Shown: in pieces, positions 19,742-29,439 of the stretch
How the letters are laid out: every line of letters begins with the position of its first letter
Position numbering within the stretch: position 1 is the stretch's first letter
From: Thermodesulfobacteriota bacterium
GTDB lineage: Bacteria; Desulfobacterota_D; UBA1144; Nemesobacterales; Mycalebacteriaceae
Direction: 5' to 3'
NCBI GenBank assembly: GCA_965198945.1
Contig: CBDAQI010000001.1
Location: forward strand, 1 to 64,000
Length of the DNA: 64,000 bases
Translations under genes and position numbers: made by a program
The notes under the pieces: model-generated
What the model was told of the DNA's origin: nothing
Database searches by the model: none
The model's input: the letters and a program-made list of their open reading frames with translations, nothing else

Positions 19742-20662
19742 TCAGGACCGGCTTGTCAGTTTGAGGGCTTGGTGTGCGCTCCGGTTTTTACCGAAAAATT
19801 CCGGGTGGATGATTGCGGTGAGGACATCAATTCCTTCCGCTATGCGGGGCGAAGGCCTCGTAAAGTGTGAGTTTGAATCAACCGCATAGACTTCTCCTTT
19901 TTCAACCGCCGGAAGAGAGCTCCATTGCGGGATAGCGGAAAGCCGTGCGGATTCTTCAACCGTTTTCTGAATTCCGAAACCGCACGGCATCAAAACCACT
20001 TTTTCCGGAGCAAAGTCCGTGATTTCATCCCACGAAACCCTCCGTGATTTTTCTCCGGTTTTACCAAGACCATTCTTTCCGCCGGCCGTTTCAACCATTT
20101 CGGGAATCCAATGACCCGCCGTATAAGGGGGATCCAACCACTCCATGCAGAAAACGCGAGGAAGTTTTCCTTTTCTCTGAGAGACTTCTCTCACACTGTC
20201 AATTCTTTCACGGAGAATTTGAACCAGTTTGTCAGCGCGTGATGATGTCCCGGTCAAATCGCCGACCTGTTTTATAGTGTCAAAAACACCCTCAATATCG
20301 TGCGGGTCAAGAACCGCAACTTCGGGACTTGAGTTAACCGCATCGGCGATTTCAAAAACGGCATCGCCGTCCATGGCGCAGACACTGCAAATTCCCTGAG
20401 TCAGAATCAAGTCGGGCTTGAGCAAACGCAGTCTCTCAATATCAGCTTTGAAAACCGGCTCGCGCATCAGGGCGCTTTCCCGAATCCTAAATTCTATCTC
20501 GGCGCTTGAAAGTCCAGCGTCAATCAGGCTAAAAACAATTCGCGGTTTGCTCCTGACTTCGGCCGGATAGTCGCACCCGTCGGTCACTCCCACAAGTGAA
20601 TCCGCAAGGCCGAGGGCACAGACAATCTCCGTGGCGGACGGAAGAAACGAGCATATTCTCAT
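19742..20662 (-). CDS. BtuF-like (class III) substrate-binding protein without a signal peptide
   Basis: MRICSFLPSATEIV..LVGVTDGCDYP, LKPDLILTQ..CSVC, EWLDPP..GHWIPEMV, RPSPRI. Confidence 0.8.
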   Translation of the reverse strand: MRICSFLPSATEIVCALGLADSLVGVTDGCDYPAEVRSKPRIVFSLIDAGLSSAEIEFRIRESALMREPVFKADIERLRLLKPDLILTQGICSVCAMDGDAVFEIADAVNSSPEVAVLDPHDIEGVFDTIKQVGDLTGTSSRADKLVQILRERIDSVREVSQRKGKLPRVFCMEWLDPPYTAGHWIPEMVETAGGKNGLGKTGEKSRRVSWDEITDFAPEKVVLMPCGFGIQKTVEESARLSAIPQWSSLPAVEKGEVYAVDSNSHFTRPSPRIAEGIDVLTAIIHPEFFGKNRSAHQALKLTSRS

Positions 20663-20669
20663 AAATCAC

Positions 20670-21695
20670 CTACTTGAAAGAAGGTATGACCTCGGAGCCG
20701 AAAAGCTCAATGCAGCGCGAAGTCTCCTCCGGAGGAGCCTGGGGAAATATCATCCGGCAGGCTATGTTTTTGATGCCGGTCTCGCGGCGGTATTTCTCAA
20801 TTTCCGTCGCACAATGGTCCGGGGTTCCTATCATAAAGCGGTTCTCGGCCATATGTTCAAGCAGCGGGTCGTCCGGCCCTTTGACCTGTTCGCCCCTTAT
20901 GAAAATTTTGATTCCGAGAGTCATGTAGAACTTATACATATTGATTATGTATTTTTCGCCGCCCTCAAGCGCGCCTTTTTTGCCGCCGCTGACAAAAGTT
21001 TCTCTGAGAAGAACATGCTCAACGCGGGAAGGATCGTGTCCGGCTTCCTCCGCAGCCGCGTTATACCAGCCGAGTGTGTCGCGTATCATGTCCAGAGTGC
21101 GCCCGGGACCTATCAGGAGCGGGTATAGGAGACGCCCGGCTCTTTTAACTGCAGGTTCCTCAAAAGATCCGATGTAAAGGGGGATATGCGGCTTCTGGAC
21201 GGGTTTGGGCGTAACCTCAACGTTTTCGCAGTTAAATCTTTTGCCCTTGTATGAAAATTGTCCCTTTTCCCAGGACTTAAGCAGAATTTCCATACCTTCT
21301 TCAATAAGCGACGGGCGGTTTCTGATTGACAGACCGAAACCGTCAAACTCTTCTTTCCGGTATCCGATTGCAACGCCGAGATCAAATCTGCCGCCGGATA
21401 TGTTGTCAACCACGGCCGCGTCCTCGGCAATGCGCAGAGGATTGTGAAGCGGCAGAATCAGCGCGGCGGTTCCTATGCGTATGGTTTTTGTAACCGCAGC
21501 CATCGCAGCCGCCATTGAAAGAGGAGACGGGCAGTATCCGTCTTCAAGAAAATGGTGTTCCGAAAGCCAAACGGAATCAAACCCCGCCTTCTCGGCAAGC
21601 CGAGTCTGCTCAAGCGCAGACTCGTAGAGCCGCCGATGGTCGGCATCCACATCGGCATGGGTTTGCATACTGAAAAGTCCGACTCCGAATTTCAT
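20670..21695 (-). CDS. LLM-class flavin-dependent oxidoreductase
   Basis: AEKAGFDSVWLSEHH, PLHNPLRIAEDAAVVD..SGGR, PKPVQKPH. Confidence 0.9.
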   Translation of the reverse strand: MKFGVGLFSMQTHADVDADHRRLYESALEQTRLAEKAGFDSVWLSEHHFLEDGYCPSPLSMAAAMAAVTKTIRIGTAALILPLHNPLRIAEDAAVVDNISGGRFDLGVAIGYRKEEFDGFGLSIRNRPSLIEEGMEILLKSWEKGQFSYKGKRFNCENVEVTPKPVQKPHIPLYIGSFEEPAVKRAGRLLYPLLIGPGRTLDMIRDTLGWYNAAAEEAGHDPSRVEHVLLRETFVSGGKKGALEGGEKYIINMYKFYMTLGIKIFIRGEQVKGPDDPLLEHMAENRFMIGTPDHCATEIEKYRRETGIKNIACRMIFPQAPPEETSRCIELFGSEVIPSFK

Positions 21696-21758
21696 TTTTG
21701 ACGCCCTCCGGTTTTTGCTGATAATATGTTAACACAATAAGGTAACAGAGGTTCACCC

Positions 21759-22820
21759 ATGGCACAGACTATCAAATTCGGGCTTTCAGCACCCATGCCC
21801 GGAGCGGACGCCGCCGGACTCCTTGAATTTTCAAAAAAAGCGGACAAGCTCGGTTTTGACACTATCTGGTATCCGGACCACACGGTTTTTGTGGCTCCGG
21901 GAGCGACGGCGCCCGAGGCATGGACAATAGCTTCGGCGGCGGCGGGAATTACATCAAACATACAGCTCGGAACGGTTTCAGATCCTCACAAAATATATCC
22001 CTCAACATTCGCCCAGCGGCTTGCCACAATTGACCATCTTTCCAAAGGAAGGGTTACAATCGCAATGGGAGTGGGCGAATCAATGAACCTTGACGCCTAC
22101 GGCATTCCGTGGAACAAGCCTTTCACAAGAATGAAAGAAGCGGTTGAGGTTATGCAGTTGCTTTGGAAAAACGACGAGCACAGCCCTGTCAACTACAATG
22201 GCGAGTTCTTCAAGCTGCAGGACGCATTCTTGCAAATGCGGCCTTTTGAGCGCGACAGAATTCCCGTTTATTTCGCCACTCACACACCCAAGGGTCTTGC
22301 ACTCACCGGGAAGGTTGGAGACGGCTGGCTGCCTATTGATTTGAACCCGTCGCTTTACGAAAAATATCTGGGGGAAATACACTCGGCCGCAGACGGTGCC
22401 GGAAGAGACAGAGACGAGATTGACCCCGCCCTGTGGGTTTTCACCTCACTTGGAGAAAATGATGATGAAGCATACAAAGCGATTGAGCCGTTCAAGTATG
22501 TGCTGATTATGCAGGAACAGTTGGAGGCGGCGGGTTACGATGTGAAAATTCCCGATGAATACAAGGGGCTGAACTACTTCAACATAGTCCCTCAAGACAC
22601 TGAGGGCAGGGCAAAATTCCGCGAAATCGGGCGGTTTTTCCCGCGCGAGGCCATTATGGACTTCACAATCACCGGTTCAAAAGATGACTGCATAAAAAGG
22701 ATTGAAAATTTTATAGACAAGGGCGTGAGAAATTTTGTGCTTTTCTACCGTTTCAGCCCCGACCCCGAAAAAGCGCTTGAAACCTACGCGAAGGAGATAA
22801 TTCCTTATTTTAAAGGCTGA
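21759..22820 (+). CDS. LLM-class oxidoreductase, probably F420-dependent (Mer/Fgd-like)
   Basis: GFDTIWYPDH, FAQRLATIDHLSKGR..GVGE..N, GDGWLP. Confidence 0.85.
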   Translation: MAQTIKFGLSAPMPGADAAGLLEFSKKADKLGFDTIWYPDHTVFVAPGATAPEAWTIASAAAGITSNIQLGTVSDPHKIYPSTFAQRLATIDHLSKGRVTIAMGVGESMNLDAYGIPWNKPFTRMKEAVEVMQLLWKNDEHSPVNYNGEFFKLQDAFLQMRPFERDRIPVYFATHTPKGLALTGKVGDGWLPIDLNPSLYEKYLGEIHSAADGAGRDRDEIDPALWVFTSLGENDDEAYKAIEPFKYVLIMQEQLEAAGYDVKIPDEYKGLNYFNIVPQDTEGRAKFREIGRFFPREAIMDFTITGSKDDCIKRIENFIDKGVRNFVLFYRFSPDPEKALETYAKEIIPYFKG

Positions 22821-22825
22821 TTACC

Positions 22826-23126
22826 GTGAGAATGTGGTGATTCAATCCCGCCCTTTTGTGCAGAAAACACTTGCTCGGCGAGCATGTGGAGATGCATATG
22901 TTCGCCGGAACGATTAAAAAGGGAATAAGCACAAAAGGTTATGAAGAAACCGGACTTGTTGACCTGTCCAAAATCCGTATCCGACATGACAAAATAGCAA
23001 AAGAGATGCAGCGCAGGGGTATGAATCACAAATCGCCCGACCCTATAGGATCAGGCGGATGGATTGACATAAAAGCGAATATGCAAAGTGTGCGCCGAAC
23101 GGCAGAAGGATTTGCGTCAAGTTTGA
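22826..23126 (+). pseudogene. Pyrimidine-dimer DNA glycosylase (T4 endonuclease V/DenV-like) pseudogene
   Basis: GTG-AGA-ATG-TGG-TGA(22838-40)-FNPALLCRKHLLGEHVE...RHDKIAKEMQRRGMNHKSP; the C-terminal CKVCAER lies in a different frame, ending at TGA 23126. Confidence 0.75.
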
Positions 23127-23268
23127 CGGGAAAATACAATAAAAGGGTTTGTGTTTATTCTACTTTCAACAAAACAAACAAATAGATAGCAAAACACTTT
23201 TTACTATCTATCTCTCACTTGAATAGATACTAAATCGCCATTGTAGTATACATCTTGGAAATCAATAT

Positions 23269-24394
23269 ATAGCAATCGGAAAAACACTTCCCCAACCGGA
23301 GAGATATGGCGCATTTATACCAGAAAGCGCATGTGATATTGAGTTTCAGTTTACACCTGAAACTGTAAAAAAAGCGCATGATACTGCTCTTGCAGTTGGC
23401 AAATTGGATGGAATCAGTCGGTTGCTGCCCGACATAGATTTTTTCCTTTTGATGTATATCCGCAAGGACGCCACCTCTTCAAGCAATATTGAGGGAACCA
23501 AAGCAACGCTGATTGAAAGCATTGAGCAGGAAGCAAAGGTATCAAGTGAACTCCCCCGATGATGTTTCGGACATCACTTAGTATATAAAAGCGATGAACA
23601 AGGGTTTTGAAAACCTGGAGCAGATTCCAGTCAGCAATCGTTTCATACGGCTTCTACACAAGGAACTTATGGAGGGCGGAAGGGAGTCTCACTATTCGGA
23701 CCCCGGAAACTTCCGCACCTCGCAGAACTGGATAGGAGGCAAATCTCTGCGGGAGGCAAGTTTTGTGCCGCCGCCACCGTCCGAAGTGCTGAGAGCAATG
23801 GGAGATCTGGAGAAATTCATACACAGGCGGGACAACATTCTGCCAATAATCAAGGCGGGAATTATCCACTCTCACTTTGAGACGATACATCCCTTTCTTG
23901 ACGGAAACGGCAGAACGGGAAGGTTGCTGATAACCTTTTTCCTGAACAAGGAGGGTTTGCTGGAAAAACCCATTTTGTTTCTTTCCTCATTTTTTATAGA
24001 ACACCGCCAATATTATTACGACTGTTTAATATCGTATCATAATGGCGATTATACAAAGTGGATTGATTTCTTTTTGAACGGCGTTACCGAGACCGCAAAT
24101 AAGTCAATAAAAACCGCAAACAAAATCGTGGGAATACGCGAGCGGGATATGAAAAAGATTTCCGGCCTGTCAAAAAGAGCATCCCAAACGGCTTTGAAAA
24201 TATATCCAAATCTTTTTGCATTGCCGATTGTCAATACTACAAAAATAATGGAGTGGGGCGGTCTGACCCGCGCCGGAGCACAGAGTGTTGTGAACCGCTT
24301 CATTAAAATGGACATCCTAAAATCCAGAGACCCGGATAAAACCTACGGACGGTCTTATGTGTATGAGGAGTATTTGAGGGTTTTTGCGAATTGA
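23269..24394 (+). pseudogene. Fic family protein (N-terminal domain, Fic core, C-terminal wHTH) pseudogene
   Basis: N-terminal part (GAFIP...VGKLDG...LPD..F...SSSNIEGT) upstream of the track ORF; an extra C in the C-run near 23555 and an in-frame TAG near 23580 separate it from the core with the intact motif HPFLDGNGRTGR. No ATG at the expected start (ATA). Confidence 0.85.
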
Positions 24395-24522
24395 AATACA
24401 TTTATTGTGGGAAAGAAGAAAATGAAAGTAATTGAAGAAAATATATTGACTTGCAGAAGTTGCGGCTTAACCGACTGGCAAAGGCGTTTTATGGTAAAAT
24501 CATTTTTCAACACGGGGAATGT

Positions 24523-25265
24523 ATGGAAATGAATAAAGCATTAAGTCTTTTTCCAAACAGTTACAGGAGCAAAATAGAAATATCTCAAGGCAACTGTTTC
24601 TCTCTGATTCAAAAGATGGAAGACAACTGTGTTGACTTGATAGCAACAGACCCTCCTTATGAAATAAATTTTGAGGATAACTATTGGGACAAACCAAACA
24701 CTCTGAACTGGGACTATTTGGCAAAAGAATTTAAAAGAGTTTTAAAACCCAATGGGGCTTTAATAATTTTTCAGGGTTGGTCTCAAGTCTGTGAAACCAA
24801 AGCAGTGTTGGACAAACATTTTCTTTTAAAAACTGGATTATTTATGACAGAATTAAGGGGAGAGGGGCAAAAACAAACGTAGTCTCAACCCGGGAAGACA
24901 TCCTTTGGTATGTGGCAGATGAAAAAGACTACACTTTTCACAAAATAGACTCCGCCATTAAGAAAAAAACGGGCGGAATGGGAAGAAAAAACGGCAGCAT
25001 TTACAGAGCACTTTCAAACGTTTGGACTGACGTTCCTCCTTTAGTTCCGTGGGGAGAAGAAAAAGTTCCACACCCGACACAAAAACCCATTTTTATTATG
25101 AAACGAATAATAGAAATATTTTCCAACGAAAACGACCTTGTTTTAGACCCCTTCATAGGCAGTGGAACAACCGCTCTTGCATGCAAAGAAACAAACAGAA
25201 ACTGTGTGGGTTTTGAATTAGACGAAAACTATTACCGACTTTGCCAGAAAAGATTCAATGATTGA
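24523..25265 (+). pseudogene. Beta-class DNA methyltransferase (DPPY, probably m6A), frameshifted
   Basis: TDPPY in ORF 24451-24882; HPTQKP and DPFIGSGTT in ORF 24912-25265. Joined by a -1 shift at TTTTAAAAAC (24824-24833), giving LLKNWIIYDRIKGRG. Confidence 0.88.
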
Positions 25266-25436
25266 CAAGTTTAGAATAGGCATGACAAAATTACGAAAGA
25301 AATGTAGCGGCAGGGGGAATGAAAAACAAATCCGCCGTTGGATAACGCCAAAGGCCTCTGGATTCAAATAAAAGCCGACTTGAAAGAGTTAAAACGTAGA
25401 TCCAAGGATTGAGAGTTATAAAAACACGGATAAGTG

Positions 25437-25466
25437 TTGCATTGAAAGTTACTATACGGATATAAT
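25437..25466 (+). promoter_or_regulatory. Sigma-70-type promoter for the second methyltransferase and the endonuclease
   Basis: TTGCAT-18 nt-TATAAT. Confidence 0.5.
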
Positions 25467-25524
25467 ACAGAGTTGTTCAAGTCTTCTTAAGGAATTACCA
25501 TTCTGATTCGCAGAGTCAGGAAGA

Positions 25525-26663
25525 ATGTTCAAAGAAATAACACTTCCTGTAGAGTCACTCTCAAACGCAGATAAAAACCTCGTCCAGCAGTTCAATCAGT
25601 ACTTCAAAACTGATGACGTAAAGATTGTTCCTAACGGAAAATCCATTGAAGTCCAATTAAGGCAGGTTGACTTCTCTTTGATGGAGAAAGTTGTAGCCGA
25701 CTTGACAGAATCAGCAAAAGACAACAACCCGCTTACCATAACATTGGATGCCATAAGAAACATTAAAAGTTACAGTTTGAAGGGGAAAAAAAGGATTTAT
25801 GTCGGCTATAACAAAGAAAGAAAAGTAAAAAACCGTGCCGAGAAGGAAAAACAAAGAGGTAAATATTTCTACGCAAAAGGGCATTCTTTCAAGAAAACAA
25901 ACAACAAAGTGCCCAAGGAGTTTGTTGATAAAATTGTCTGCGGAGACAGTGAAAAAATTTTATCAGAAATTCCGGACAACTGCGTTGATATGGTATTGAC
26001 TTCACCACCTTACAATTTTGGACTTAACTACAACAACAATAAAAATGACGAACACGACTGGAGAGAATATTTTGAAAAACTTTTTAAAGTTTTTGACCAG
26101 TGCGTAAGGGTTCTAAAATATGGCGGAAGAATAATAGTTAATGTTCAACCGCTCTTTTCCGACTATATTCCAAGCCATCACATAATCAGTAAATACTTCA
26201 TGGATAAAAAACTGATATGGAAGGGGGAAGTCATGTGGGAAAAGAATAACTACAACTGTAAATATACCGCCTGGGGAAGCTGGAAAAGTCCAAGCAATCC
26301 CTACCTGAAATACACATGGGAGTTTATAGAGATATTTTGCAAAGGAGATATGAAAAAGTCGGGAAACTCAAAAAATATAGATATTAGCGCTGACGAATTC
26401 AAAAAATGGGTCGTAGGCAAATGGTCTGTCGCACCCGAACGTAAAATGAAGCAATATGGACATCCCGCCATGTTTCCCGAAGAAATAGCGAACCGCGCAA
26501 TAAAACTGTTCAGTTTTAAAGGTGATTTAATACTTGATCCGTTCAATGGCGCGGGAACTACCACAACAGTTGCAAAAAAACTAGTCGTTCCTATCTGGGC
26601 GTAGATATTTCAAAAGATTATTGTAAAACTGCAGAAAAAAGAGCAAGAGAGATTCTTTTATGA
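25525..26663 (+). pseudogene. Beta-class DNA methyltransferase (SPPY, probably m4C) with N-terminal extension, frameshifted near the 3' end
   Basis: TSPPY, HPAMFP, DPFNGAGTT. A -1 shift at or just after the A7 run (26574-80) restores SRSYLGVDISKDYCKTAEKR, ending at TGA 26663, which overlaps the next ATG (ATGA). Confidence 0.88.
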
Positions 26664-27379
26664 GTAAAGTGGGCTTCTCTCCTGAAGTTGAAAAAATCTT
26701 GGATGAAATCATAGAGGAATATGACCGCATTTTTCAAAATGTTCAGGGCAAAGCTCTGCAAGACTCAGAAAACAGGGCTTATGGTGGCGTAATCAGGTCT
26801 ACAGTAGGCGGTTTCGTAGAATGGATGACAAAACGCTTGGTTGTAGCTACATGGCTCACACTTGGCCAAAATCAAACTTCACTTAACTTCAAGAGCGGAA
26901 AATATAAACTCCCAATACTTCAACAATATGTTGACAATATAGAAATTCCAGAGGTTAAAAAACAAATCCAAGACAACATCGGCGACTACACCTACGGAAT
27001 AGGACAAGATGTCCATGTTTATGAAGAAGACGATTTTATTCTTTCAATTGAGTGCAAAGCGTATGCAGAAAACGCAATGCTAAAAAGAATCATTGTAGAT
27101 TGCTGGTTTCTTCAAAAATTATTTCCAACTTTGAAATTCGCTCTTATCCAACTGGAAAGCCAATTAACGGGAGATTATCACGAGTTAAATGAAATAACTT
27201 TTGGAAGCAAATCATCTCATACAATAATGTCTTATTTCGATGTTGATTTAAAGATAATAACACTGCTCAAGGGAGCGCGAAAAGTGAAAGAGCCAATACA
27301 CAAATCAAGATTTTATAAAACCTTATAAAAGGATAGTTTGAAAAATGCAGTCAGGCAATTAACAGAATTAATTGAGTAG
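26660..27379 (+). pseudogene. PD-(D/E)xK restriction endonuclease, probably C-terminally truncated
   Basis: Coupled to the methyltransferase; QDVHV...SIECKAY catalytic pattern. TAA at 27326-28 is followed in frame by a helix-like KDSLKNAVRQLTELIE up to TAG 27379. Confidence 0.65.
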
Positions 27380-27415
27380 ATTATTAATGTAAAACAATTT
27401 CTAACCGCTGATTGC

Positions 27416-27907
27416 TCACTCCCCTTCCAGCACAACAAGCACCGCGCCGCCTTCAACCGCGTCGCCTTCTTTTACTTTAATTTCTTTGATTTTTCCGGCC
27501 ACGGACGCTTTTAATTCGCTTTCCATTTTCATCGCTTCAACAACAATCACACCCTCGTCGGTTTTGACCGAATCGCCTTCTTTTTTGAGTATTTTCACAA
27601 CCCTGCTCGGCATCGGAGAGGAAATCTGCAAACCGCCGCCCTCTCCACCCGCAGACGATTCCCTTCCGGTGATTGATTCAAACTCATACAGTGTCCCTTC
27701 ACAGAACACCTGAATTTTTTTGCCTTTTTTCACCACCCCGGCCGTAAAAGAGCCGTTCTTTTCGCAAACTATTGAAACAAGAGCGGGGTCAAGTCTTGCA
27801 AAGTCAACCTCTGAGGAAAAATCGTCCGTCTCAACAACGGCGCGGCCGTCCTTATCTTCAATATTGACGCGAAACCTTTCATCACCGAGTTTAAGAATGT
27901 ATTTCAC
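27416..27907 (-). CDS. Biotin carboxyl carrier protein
   Basis: SPMP, EAMKME biotinylation motif; GTG at 27907 overlaps the stop of the upstream gene. Confidence 0.9.
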   Translation of the reverse strand: MKYILKLGDERFRVNIEDKDGRAVVETDDFSSEVDFARLDPALVSIVCEKNGSFTAGVVKKGKKIQVFCEGTLYEFESITGRESSAGGEGGGLQISSPMPSRVVKILKKEGDSVKTDEGVIVVEAMKMESELKASVAGKIKEIKVKEGDAVEGGAVLVVLEGE

Positions 27908-29418
27908 TAGCCGCCACCCTCGTATCCGCCCCTTAAAACGCCCGCTCTGCGGGAAAAACTCTTCCAACCGGAAGCCGCCTTCAGTTTGCCGGTTTCCTGT
28001 TTCTCAACGGAACCCCCAAAATGAAGCGCAAGAGCGGCGGCAACAGCCGCTTTTTGGCTGCCTTCCCGTCCGGCACTGAGGAGCTCCGGATGCCTGTCTA
28101 TAAATCCCGTGTCTATTTCGGCTTTCATAAACTCCTCATTGCGCATAACGCGAATAAGGAAACCGATATTGGTTTTTGTGCCAAGAACCATGTATTCGCC
28201 AAGTGCGGCGGCCATTTTGTTTATCGCCTGTTCGCGCGTCTCAGCCCATACGGCAAGCTTTGAAAGCATCGGGTCATAAAACGATGTAACTTCGCAACCG
28301 CTGAAAATAGCCGAATCATCCCTGATACCGGGGCCGTCGGGCGTCTTCACATAATAAATCGGTCCGGGAGCCGGAAGAAAATTCATCTCCGGATCCTCGG
28401 CGTATATTCTGCATTCAACTGCATGACCGTTCAATTTTAGGTCTGACTGCTTGAACGGAAGTTTTTCACCGGCCGCTATCCTTATCATCCATTTTACGAT
28501 GTCAAAACCCGTTACCATCTCAGTTACCGGATGCTCAACCTGTATGCGCGTGTTCATCTCAAGAAAATAGAAGTCCTGCTCCGCATCCATTATGAACTCA
28601 ACGGTTCCGGCGCCCTTGTATGAAACCGCTTTGGATATGTTCACGGCCACCTCGCCCATTTTTTTGCGCGTTGAGGCCGAAATAAATCCCGAAGGCGCCT
28701 CTTCTATAACCTTCTGGTGCCTGCGCTGAATTGAACATTCGCGCTCAAAAAGATGCAAAACATTGCCGTGTCCGTCCGCGATGATCTGAATTTCAATATG
28801 GCGAGGCTTTTGAACGAAACGCTCTATGAAAACCGAATCGTCTCCAAAAGCCGAAAGCGCCTCGCTTTTTGCCATCCTGAGCGAGCTTTCAAACTCCGCC
28901 GGGTCGTGAACAAGGCGCATTCCCTTTCCACCGCCGCCCGCAGACGCTTTTATCATAAGCGGATAGCCAATCTCTCCCGCCACATTCTTGGCCTCACTGT
29001 CGCTCACGGCCCCTTTGGAGCCCGGAACAAGCGGAACTTTGGCTTTTACGGCTATGTTTCTCGCGGTGATTTTGTCTCCCATCTGACTGATGGTTTCAGC
29101 CGAAGGCCCTATGAAAACTATTCCCGCCTTCTCACACGCACGGGCAAAATCCTCTTTTTCGGAGAGAAAACCGAAACCGGGATGAACGGCTTCAGCGCCC
29201 GTTTTTTTACAGACGTCTATTATTTTTTCAATAACAAGGTAGCTTTCAGCCGGTTTTGAGCCGCCTATATGAACGGCTTCATCGGCAAGAGCAACGTGCA
29301 TTGCCCCTCTGTCGGCATCCGAGTAGACGGCAACCGTGGCGATTTTCATCTCACGGCAGGCTCTTATTATCCTTACCGCTATCTCACCTCTGTTTGCTAC
29401 CAGTATTTTGCCGAACAT
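27907..29418 (-). CDS. accC: Acyl-CoA carboxylase, biotin carboxylase subunit
   Basis: ANRGEIA, KASAGGGGKG, ECSIQRRHQK, EMNTRIQVEH. Confidence 0.92.
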   Translation of the reverse strand: MFGKILVANRGEIAVRIIRACREMKIATVAVYSDADRGAMHVALADEAVHIGGSKPAESYLVIEKIIDVCKKTGAEAVHPGFGFLSEKEDFARACEKAGIVFIGPSAETISQMGDKITARNIAVKAKVPLVPGSKGAVSDSEAKNVAGEIGYPLMIKASAGGGGKGMRLVHDPAEFESSLRMAKSEALSAFGDDSVFIERFVQKPRHIEIQIIADGHGNVLHLFERECSIQRRHQKVIEEAPSGFISASTRKKMGEVAVNISKAVSYKGAGTVEFIMDAEQDFYFLEMNTRIQVEHPVTEMVTGFDIVKWMIRIAAGEKLPFKQSDLKLNGHAVECRIYAEDPEMNFLPAPGPIYYVKTPDGPGIRDDSAIFSGCEVTSFYDPMLSKLAVWAETREQAINKMAAALGEYMVLGTKTNIGFLIRVMRNEEFMKAEIDTGFIDRHPELLSAGREGSQKAAVAAALALHFGGSVEKQETGKLKAASGWKSFSRRAGVLRGGYEGGG

Positions 29419-29439
29419 CTGTCGCCGCCTGCTTTAGAA

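Noticed and set aside
25266..25436. Controller (C) protein between the two methyltransferases
   Set aside because: Only short interrupted frames (for example LDNAKGLWIQIKADLKELKRRSKD) with no HTH pattern; at most an unidentifiable remnant.
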